Under the pieces are notes generated by a model. It did not search any database and was not told where the DNA came from. It saw only the letters and a list, made by a program, of their open reading frames with translations. A program made the position numbers and the translations under genes. 32,000 nt of DNA, taken from positions 210,001 to 242,000 of the forward strand of contig NZ_CP007536.1 in assembly GCF_000698785.1 (NCBI RefSeq). Direction: 5' to 3'. The DNA is from Nitrososphaera viennensis EN76 (GTDB lineage Archaea > Thermoproteota > Nitrososphaeria > Nitrososphaerales > Nitrososphaeraceae). Position 1 is the stretch's first letter. Each line of letters starts with the position of its first letter. This document shows positions 8,467-14,318 of the stretch, piece by piece.

Positions 8467-8522
8467 CGTATATACGTGTGTGCGTGCATGTGCATGCGTG
8501 CATATGATGCATGTGTACGCGC
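8467..8522. repeat. 56-nt alternating purine/pyrimidine tract (Z-DNA-prone), one phase slip
   Basis: Counted base by base. 8467-8506 is 40 nt of perfect Y-R alternation (CGTATATACGTGTGTGCGTGCATGTGCATGCGTGCATATG). 8507-8522 is a further 16 nt of R-Y alternation. Confidence 0.9.
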
Positions 8523-8569
8523 TGGCTGGTAGGGCTCTACCCTCTATACTCACAAAAAACTTGAGTCGT

Positions 8570-8818
8570 TCAACTATGCGAGAGGCTATTATTATTGGAG
8601 CGGTGCACAGCTCTTGCTGCTGCATAGCGCGCGTATTTCTGCATAAAATACCTGCCGTTTTTGCGAACAATGTCGCGGTAGAGGTCCGGCTGCGCTGTAA
8701 ACGCCGGCGTGTCTGCCTGGTAGTGGCCGCAGCGCCAGCATATCCACTCTGTCCAGCGGCCGTCGCGGTACTCGTATACCGAGTTTCTGCACGTCGGGCA
8801 GGCAAGCGACATCGACAT
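8570..8818 (-). CDS. zinc-ribbon protein, unknown function
   Basis: 82 aa with CPTC...(17)...CWRC, i.e. two CxxC pairs. A T6 tract and a small GGTAG/CTACC hairpin lie downstream on the minus strand. Longer overlapping ORFs (8461..8853, 8480..8866) are Arg/Ala/Cys-rich shadows. Confidence 0.55.
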   Translation of the reverse strand: MSMSLACPTCRNSVYEYRDGRWTEWICWRCGHYQADTPAFTAQPDLYRDIVRKNGRYFMQKYARYAAARAVHRSNNNSLSHS

Positions 8819-8884
8819 TCATCGCAGGATTGCTTTTCTACTTCGCTGCTCAACGATTTTAGATAAACCGCTAGAATTAGTTAG

Positions 8885-8891
8885 TTTAAAT
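8885..8891 (+). promoter_or_regulatory. TATA-like box (TTTAAAT) 26 nt upstream of the TTG start at 8918
   Basis: The spacing matches the 23-26 nt box-to-start distance seen at several other genes in this window, consistent with a leaderless mRNA. Confidence 0.35.
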
Positions 8892-8917
8892 CCTCGTTTC
8901 GGTGCCGGGTACCTGTC

Positions 8918-9325
8918 TTGGCAAACGAAGTCACAATCTCGCTTGCGGAAAAAGAGGTGGCCGCCGGCCAGGAACTGCATGGAACAGTCACGATAAACTA
9001 CGCCGGCAGGTGGGACAGCGTGGCGATAAACTCGCAGATAGAGAATTCAAGCGACGTCTTTTCCTACAGCCTGCTAAACGGCAAAAAAATCAAGCACCCG
9101 TACGCCCGCCTGTCGATATTCAAGGATGAGCTGAAGGGCAAGACCGTGGTAGAGTTTGTATCGTCAACGAACCACGTGCCTCCAGCAGGAAAAGATCATA
9201 CAAGCGTCAAGTTCCGCGTGAGTCTCATACAGGAGCACAAGGAAATCTTTTCTGACATTGCCTACATAAAGGTGGTAAAAAAGGATACTGTTGCGTCATT
9301 TGTGATGCCCTCTAACAAACCTTAA
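8918..9325 (+). CDS. beta-sandwich protein, arrestin/Spo0M-like (tentative)
   Basis: 135 aa with a TTG start. ISLAEKEVAAGQELHGTVTINYAG resembles the N-terminal strand pair of Spo0M/arrestin-N-type domains. Alternating beta-pattern throughout. Confidence 0.55.
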   Translation: MANEVTISLAEKEVAAGQELHGTVTINYAGRWDSVAINSQIENSSDVFSYSLLNGKKIKHPYARLSIFKDELKGKTVVEFVSSTNHVPPAGKDHTSVKFRVSLIQEHKEIFSDIAYIKVVKKDTVASFVMPSNKP

Positions 9326-9357
9326 GTGCATCTTCTCAAGCTAAGCTGAAAGCCCAC

Positions 9358-9537
9358 ATGAAAGAAAAGTATGCGCTTCTTATCACAGGTATTGTTCTTG
9401 TTTTCATAGGATGGATGACTGGAGGAATGGTGCAGCTTATTGGACTTCAAGATACTACAGGATTACCCATACTTTTCGTAATAGCAGGCATAATTGCAAT
9501 TGTCATAGCTATCGTTTGGATAATCTATGACAAATAG
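9358..9537 (+). CDS. 59-aa two-TM membrane peptide (below ORF-track cutoff)
   Basis: Hand translation: MKEKYALLITGIVLVFIGWMTGGMVQLIGLQDTTGLPILFVIAGIIAIVIAIVWIIYDK, stop TAG. ATG start, two clean hydrophobic helices. Its 3' end overlaps the convergent ORF 9509..9718 by 29 nt. Confidence 0.4.
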   Translation: MKEKYALLITGIVLVFIGWMTGGMVQLIGLQDTTGLPILFVIAGIIAIVIAIVWIIYDK

Positions 9538-9718
9538 CGTTGCGAGCTACCTTCAAAGCAGCCATAGAAATCACCACCACACATGAAACCAATGTGAAAA
9601 GAAGAATTATCTCTGTGGTCATTTTGTCTGAATGTGATATTGCGAATACATAGCCCGCCGCAAACAATGCGATGCTCATAAGAGCAAATATCGCCGTTGA
9701 GAGGTAGTTATTTGGCAC
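9509..9718 (-). CDS. 69-aa two-TM membrane peptide with basic C-terminus
   Basis: The GTG start at 9718 overlaps the preceding ORF by 11 nt. Helices LSTAIFALMSIALFAAGYVFAI and IILLFTLVSCVVVISMAAL, tail CHRLSKR. Confidence 0.45.
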   Translation of the reverse strand: MPNNYLSTAIFALMSIALFAAGYVFAISHSDKMTTEIILLFTLVSCVVVISMAALKVARNAICHRLSKR

Positions 9719-9872
9719 TTAGATTTTCTTTAATCTTCTTTTCCCAGTCTGCCTGAGTTATGACGCCTTTTTCCTCCAGCACATCTGACAGGCTGTCTAG
9801 CATAGTATTAAGCATAGAGACCTCTTCTCTAAGGTCATCAATCTCCGCTTCCAAGTTGCGCTTTTTACTCAT
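9708..9872 (-). CDS. 54-aa acidic coiled-coil-like protein (below ORF-track cutoff)
   Basis: Hand translation: MSKKRNLEAEIDDLREEVSMLNTMLDSLSDVLEEKGVITQADWEKKIKENLSAK. The ATG is embedded in the stop region of the upstream RHH ORF (AATGAGTAA). Confidence 0.45.
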   Translation of the reverse strand: MSKKRNLEAEIDDLREEVSMLNTMLDSLSDVLEEKGVITQADWEKKIKENLSAK

Positions 9873-10023
9873 TCTTGTCTCCCCTCAGGTATCCCTTCTC
9901 AGACATCCATGAAGTAACTATCGCCCTAATTATGTCTGACCTGCCCTCTCCCATCGTACCTTTCAGGCTATCGACAATCTCCATCAAGTTATCGGGGAGT
10001 GTCACTAAAGCCCTCGCCATCAT
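9865..10023 (-). CDS. ribbon-helix-helix (CopG/Arc/MetJ-type) DNA-binding protein, 52 aa (below ORF-track cutoff)
   Basis: Hand translation: MMARALVTLPDNLMEIVDSLKGTMGEGRSDIIRAIVTSWMSEKGYLRGDKNE. It shows the strand (LVTLPDNL), helix, G-x-x-RSDIIRAIV helix pattern typical of RHH proteins. GAGGTGA (10028-10034) lies 4 nt upstream of the ATG and is complementary to the usual 16S 3' end. Confidence 0.6.
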   Translation of the reverse strand: MMARALVTLPDNLMEIVDSLKGTMGEGRSDIIRAIVTSWMSEKGYLRGDKNE

Positions 10024-10123
10024 GCCTTCACCTCAACAACCTGCTCTTCAGGCTTTCGTTCGCCGCCATGCTCCAACGCCTGATCCTGAGTCGCCTTGTC
10101 TATCAGCTCTGACCAGCCGTTAG

Positions 10124-10954
10124 TTATCTGGATGCCTGCCGCTGCGCGGGTGTTTTCTTTATCGTTTGGTGCTTTCTGACATAGTTGTAATTTACAACGT
10201 AGCCGTCAAGCAGTATCTTAGATGCCTTTTCGTTCTTTAGTCCACGCATAGGACGCAGCCTGTCTTTCAACGTTCCATGTACACGCTCTACGACGTTGTT
10301 GGTTGTCCTTGCCTGAATGCCAACACGCTTGACAAGCTCGACGCGGTTAGCCTTGTACCTGCTGTAGTAGACCTTGTTGAACGCTCTGTCATAGCTGTTG
10401 CTACCATCCACAAAGATTACTTTTGGCCTTTCTTTTGTTATCCTGTTTGCACTTTCAAATATCTTCATTGTCTCTTCGATTGTGCGCTCGCCGCCTAGGT
10501 GTGAGCCAACTAGGAATTTTGTCTCTTCGTCTATCATTTCCCAGAACCAGACGTTTCTACCCTCGCACTTTATCATGGTTTCATCTTCGTGCCACTTGCC
10601 TGATGTCTCTGGGTTCATCTTCTCTTCGCAGAACTTGCTGACCAATGTGGAGTACTTGACAATCCAACGGTAGATTGTGGATGAATCAACTTTTTCGCCC
10701 ATCAGTTGAGCAAGCTGGTTCTGCACCTTTCGGACTGACAGGCCATCGAAATATAGGTTAAGGGCTGCCACTATGACATGCTTCTTTACCTTCATCTTGC
10801 TAGGCTGTCCGTTGTTGTAAAAACGGTGTGAGCAGTTTCTGCACCTGTAGACCTGCTGGCCGTGTACCTTGCCGTCTTTTACTACCTTGTAGGACATGCA
10901 ATATTTGCACCTGACATTTTCGTTTTCTTCTGTCGTGCTTGCCGTTTTGCTCAC
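10124..10954 (-). CDS. IS6-family-like DDE transposase with N-terminal zinc finger
   Basis: 276 aa. CKYC..(16)..CRNC zinc finger and an HTH-like region. DDE pattern WHEDETMIK, VIFVDGSNSYDRAF, NNVVERVHGTLKDRLRPMRG and a C-terminal YNYVRKHQTIKKTPAQ, as in IS6/IS240-type transposases. GTG start. Confidence 0.8.
   Translation of the reverse strand: MSKTASTTEENENVRCKYCMSYKVVKDGKVHGQQVYRCRNCSHRFYNNGQPSKMKVKKHVIVAALNLYFDGLSVRKVQNQLAQLMGEKVDSSTIYRWIVKYSTLVSKFCEEKMNPETSGKWHEDETMIKCEGRNVWFWEMIDEETKFLVGSHLGGERTIEETMKIFESANRITKERPKVIFVDGSNSYDRAFNKVYYSRYKANRVELVKRVGIQARTTNNVVERVHGTLKDRLRPMRGLKNEKASKILLDGYVVNYNYVRKHQTIKKTPAQRQASR
10124..10954 (-). mobile_element. IS6-like insertion sequence (only the transposase ORF delimited; element ends not identified)
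   Basis: The ORF is an intact transposase. I could not find terminal inverted repeats or target duplications by eye in 10024-10123 versus 10955-11025, so the element boundaries are left at the ORF. Confidence 0.45.
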
Positions 10955-11005
10955 GTATATCCATATGCATATACACTATATAAGCTTATAGCCATATGGA
11001 TATAC
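10955..11005. repeat. 13-bp perfect inverted repeat GTATATCCATATG / CATATGGATATAC with an internal 12-bp palindrome TATAAGCTTATA
   Basis: Arms at 10955-10967 and 10993-11005, verified by position. The palindrome is at 10979-10990. The structure directly abuts the GTG start of the transposase. Confidence 0.85.
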
Positions 11006-11025
11006 TTAGGATATAGTTTACTAGC

Positions 11026-12069
11026 TCATTCATCATCGCGTGCGGTTCTCCTATTCTTGATGAATATTCGTGATGTATCTGTAACTGCCGAAATCAATGT
11101 TCCTATGATAGCGCCATATGTTGTTGCATCATAACCAACAATGCTAATGTAAATGCCAAGTGGAATTGGAGATAGCAGGTAAGCCACCAATCTGATTTTT
11201 TCAGCCTTACTAAGACCCTTGCTTCTCTGATATACTCCTAGCAAATCGTCATTAATTCTTGATAGCAGTTCAGCGTGAGTACCACTAGCAGTTTCGGCAA
11301 ATATGTCATTTGGTTCATCAAGCATTACTCTCTGTAGATATACCGCCTTCTCGCGCTGGTATTCTTTCAAATCGTTAGAATCAACAGTAGCATAATCCCC
11401 TTTCTCCAAGAATACCATATTCACAAGAGTGGTGCCATCTTCATTTGTAGGCTCAATCTCAATGTAGGTTGTAAATCGTTCGTCCTTCATAGTTTTGAAG
11501 ATGATCGAGGGCTCAGAATGTTCTAACGGTTTTTCATTTAGGTGAAGTGTGTTTCTAGCTTGGTTTTCGATTATGCTGGAAACCGTTTTCTGATCTGAGT
11601 AGACTTTGAGCCTTGAAGTTTTCAAATCTTCTGGTTTGACAAACCGTTCCAGCAAGAAGACGATGAATTGATCCAGAAATGTCCCCAATGGCATGATACT
11701 GAGCAAGCTGAGATAAATTGCAGCAAATGTTAGATTGAAATCTCTACTATGTAGAACGACATCCGTAATGAAGATGGCAATTCCAATCATTTGAATGAAC
11801 ATCGGCGGAATTATCCTCTTCTCTGGGTGTTTCAGTGAAAATGCAAAAGAGAGGATTAGCGGGCCTGCTGGAACCATGACAACCAGATACACTATGACAA
11901 ACGGGAAGTTTGTCACCAGCGTTTGCACTGCATTTGTACTGAGAGAATCGACAAAGTAATTGAACGGCACTGCTAGCAAAGCACCGTATAGCGCCCCACT
12001 GAGCATGAGATAGATAGTCTGTAACCGCTCTAAGCTCCGTACTTTCCTCTCGAATCTGTTCTGCCCCAC
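11026..12069 (-). CDS. orphan integral membrane protein (about 6 TM) with ~150-aa soluble insert
   Basis: 347 aa, AT-rich codon usage. Four N-terminal TM helices, a soluble region (about residues 150-300) and two C-terminal TM helices. I recognise no motif. Confidence 0.6.
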   Translation of the reverse strand: MGQNRFERKVRSLERLQTIYLMLSGALYGALLAVPFNYFVDSLSTNAVQTLVTNFPFVIVYLVVMVPAGPLILSFAFSLKHPEKRIIPPMFIQMIGIAIFITDVVLHSRDFNLTFAAIYLSLLSIMPLGTFLDQFIVFLLERFVKPEDLKTSRLKVYSDQKTVSSIIENQARNTLHLNEKPLEHSEPSIIFKTMKDERFTTYIEIEPTNEDGTTLVNMVFLEKGDYATVDSNDLKEYQREKAVYLQRVMLDEPNDIFAETASGTHAELLSRINDDLLGVYQRSKGLSKAEKIRLVAYLLSPIPLGIYISIVGYDATTYGAIIGTLISAVTDTSRIFIKNRRTARDDE

Positions 12070-12169
12070 GTTTCGCTACTTCTATAACATTCTTCCTTAA
12101 AAGTAGCTGGTTGTGAGATGATGATATTTGTCTAGTCATCACAAATGACGCAACAGTATCCCTAACTGA

Positions 12170-12631
12170 TTAGGCAAAGCTCTCTGTTACTTCGATAGAA
12201 CCCTGCATCCACGGATGCGGCTCGCAGTGGTAGTGGTACGTCCCTACTGCAGTGATCGTAAACTCCCACGTCTCTCCGCCGGGGATGAGGCCGATTGTGG
12301 CCAGCGTATCAAACTTGCCGTTTATCTTGTCGATATATCCGTCGTCGCTGGTTACGCTGTGTGGGACTTGATCGTTGTTCTGCCATATGATGTGGTTGTT
12401 CAGGCCGATTGCAGAGCGCATGTCCTTCGGTTCAAAGAACTTGGGGTTGGATTCAACGGACGAGCCTGGGGTTATCTTGACTGTCAGGGTTTCTGGCGGG
12501 TTCAGCACTGCTGGCGGGAGGATCGGCTTGGCATTGACTGCCGGGACGTACATGTACTGGTAGTAGCCCATGCTTATGCCTACTGCGATGACGAACGCGA
12601 TAATGCTGATGCCGCCGGCGTGGTTTGTCAT
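12170..12631 (-). CDS. membrane-anchored type-1 blue copper protein (plastocyanin/halocyanin-like cupredoxin)
   Basis: N-terminal TM helix GGISIIAFVIAVGISMGYY. Upstream His in VPHSV and a C-terminal copper-ligand motif HYHCEPHPWMQG (C-x2-H-x2-M). Confidence 0.85.
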   Translation of the reverse strand: MTNHAGGISIIAFVIAVGISMGYYQYMYVPAVNAKPILPPAVLNPPETLTVKITPGSSVESNPKFFEPKDMRSAIGLNNHIIWQNNDQVPHSVTSDDGYIDKINGKFDTLATIGLIPGGETWEFTITAVGTYHYHCEPHPWMQGSIEVTESFA

Positions 12632-12633
12632 CT

Positions 12634-12666
12634 GGTGATCACCGTGAATTTATTTTCACATATAAA
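12634..12666 (-). promoter_or_regulatory. 10-bp palindrome GGTGATCACC (also SD-like GGTGATC) plus TATA-like TTTATAT upstream of the cupredoxin gene
   Basis: The palindrome is at 12634-12643, 2 nt upstream of the ATG. ATATAAA on the plus strand is at 12660-12666, i.e. TTTATAT on the gene strand about 28 nt upstream of the ATG. Confidence 0.35.
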
Positions 12667-12677
12667 GTTTGTTTGGG

Positions 12678-14318
12678 TCATGGGCTTTTCGGGCCCTTGA
12701 CGTCTGGATTGCTGCTATTTTCTGCGCCGCTGCTTGTAGTGGTGGTTGCTGCTGTCTTGGTTCCTGAAGCGGGACCTGGGGATGTTGTTGCTGCAGTCTT
12801 TTGCGGCGGGAGCTGCGCTGGCTTTTCTGCCGGCTTGGCCGCTGGCTGCGCGCCTGAAGGAGCGGCAAGCGGCTTTTCCTGCGTCGGTACTGCAGGCGCC
12901 GGCTTTGGAGGCGCTGCCGCTGGCTTGGGTGCCGGCGGGGTCGGCTTGGGCGGTGGCGCCTTTGCCTGCGCCTTGCCATACCTGTAGAGGTGGAACATGC
13001 CTGCAAAGACGAGCATCATGATGCCTACTATGAACAGCGAGTAGTTCTTCATGCCGTCAAGCACTGCATAGTATGCGGCAATGTTCAGGTACACCTGAAA
13101 CCCTATGAGGACCACGAACAGGGCGTAGATCCACTTTTGCGACAGCTCTATTGAAGACTTGCCGGCCTTTTTGGGCTGCGCCTTGGCGTTGGCCTCTGCG
13201 TGCTTGGCCAGCTTTATCATCATGTAGGTAAAGCCAAACGACAGTGGCACGAGCACTATCATGACCAGATAGAAGAATATAGGGTCGATGACTAGCCTCT
13301 CTAGCAGCGCCTTGTGCGTGTCCGGGTCGATGTAGAATCCCCAGTATGTGGTGACAAGTATCTGCGCAAGGCTGGTGATGCCTACCGCGGTGATAATCGG
13401 CCTGTCCTTCCAGGAGAATTTCTTGTACCTGTCGACAAACGGTATGAGCAAGAGCGCGCCAATGAACAGGCCCGGCCACGCGACGCCTGTGACGAACTTG
13501 TCGTACATCGTCCTGAGGAACGCGTATAGGCCCGTGAGATACCACTCTGGCACCGTGATGCCCGGAGGTATGTGGGGATCGAACGGCAGCCCGAGGCCGA
13601 CCGGGAACACTCCTCCCGTGAGCATGATTGCGCCGGCGACCGCCATGACCATCGGCACGTCAAACACCAGGAATCTGGGAAAGTGGACTACCATGAGGCC
13701 AAGCAGCGCGATTGGAAGCATGAACACGTGGAAGGTGTAAAAGCGCAGGATAAAGTCGTGGAACCCGGCGCCAAAGAACGCTTCGCGCATCTGCGGACCC
13801 ATGATGGGTATAGAGTTGGTAAGCGACGCGGCGATAGAGATTGCAAGTTCTGCGCGCTCTGAGAATATGATGTCGTAGCCAGTGAATGCCTCGAGAATCG
13901 TGAGCACGCCCAGTATGATGCCTGTCACCCACAGGATCTCGTTCCTGATCTTGTACCTACCACTGAAATACTGGTAATACATGTGGAGGAGGGCAAGCAT
14001 GACCATGCCGTTTGAGGCGTGGTAGTGGATGTTGCGTATGTGGAACCCGTAGGGGATGGTGTCGTTGATGTTCTTGACGCTGTTCCACGCCCTGTCGAGG
14101 ATAGGCTCGTACCAGAGCATGAGCAGCGCGCCGGTGATGCCCAGAATTATGAATACCACGAAGGTGAGCATTCCGAGGAAGCCAAGCGGGCTGACGAACC
14201 TTCCGGGGAACGTGAACTTCATTCCCATGAATATAGTTCGCTCTACGCCGGCGTACATCCACCGGAAGAATCTTGTCAGGCTGTTCTCATACGTTAAGGA
14301 AGCGCCCATAACCAACAA
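12678..14318 (-). CDS. cytochrome b (b6 + subunit-IV-like fusion, extra C-terminal TMs) with Pro/Ala/Lys-rich tail
   Basis: His-bearing helices typical of cytochrome b (RNIHYHASNGMVMLALLHMYY; FYTFHVFMLPIALLGLMVVHF) and a PEWY motif (ITVPEWYLTGLY). The last ~100 aa are low complexity. The start is uncertain (14318, 14309 or 14258); the first two options overlap the Rieske gene. Confidence 0.9.
   Translation of the reverse strand: MLVMGASLTYENSLTRFFRWMYAGVERTIFMGMKFTFPGRFVSPLGFLGMLTFVVFIILGITGALLMLWYEPILDRAWNSVKNINDTIPYGFHIRNIHYHASNGMVMLALLHMYYQYFSGRYKIRNEILWVTGIILGVLTILEAFTGYDIIFSERAELAISIAASLTNSIPIMGPQMREAFFGAGFHDFILRFYTFHVFMLPIALLGLMVVHFPRFLVFDVPMVMAVAGAIMLTGGVFPVGLGLPFDPHIPPGITVPEWYLTGLYAFLRTMYDKFVTGVAWPGLFIGALLLIPFVDRYKKFSWKDRPIITAVGITSLAQILVTTYWGFYIDPDTHKALLERLVIDPIFFYLVMIVLVPLSFGFTYMMIKLAKHAEANAKAQPKKAGKSSIELSQKWIYALFVVLIGFQVYLNIAAYYAVLDGMKNYSLFIVGIMMLVFAGMFHLYRYGKAQAKAPPPKPTPPAPKPAAAPPKPAPAVPTQEKPLAAPSGAQPAAKPAEKPAQLPPQKTAATTSPGPASGTKTAATTTTSSGAENSSNPDVKGPKSP

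Noticed and set aside
8461-8866. ORFs 8461..8853 (130 aa, minus) and 8480..8866 (128 aa, plus)
   Set aside because: Both run through the alternating Pu/Py tract and give Cys/Arg/Ala/His-rich low-complexity products. The 82-aa zinc-ribbon ORF (8570..8818) is the only frame here with protein-like features.
10024-11025. Terminal inverted repeats or target-site duplication for the IS6-like element
   Set aside because: Comparing 10024-10130 with the reverse complement of 10955-11025 gave only weak matches (e.g. TTAGTTA versus CTAGTAA). The element ends therefore cannot be called from this window alone. The copy may be degenerate, or its ends may be unusual.
12118-12169. Possible C/D-box sRNA: ATGATGA (12118-12124) ... 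CTGA (12166-12169), 52 nt in total
   Set aside because: The size and terminal boxes fit, but the internal D' and C' boxes are poor (CATC; ATGACGC). The C-box-like TGATGA also base-pairs perfectly with TCATCA (12136-12141) to form a simple hairpin, and no terminal stem is evident. It is more likely a hairpin in the spacer between the cupredoxin 3' end and the six-TM gene promoter. Only RNA-seq could rescue it.
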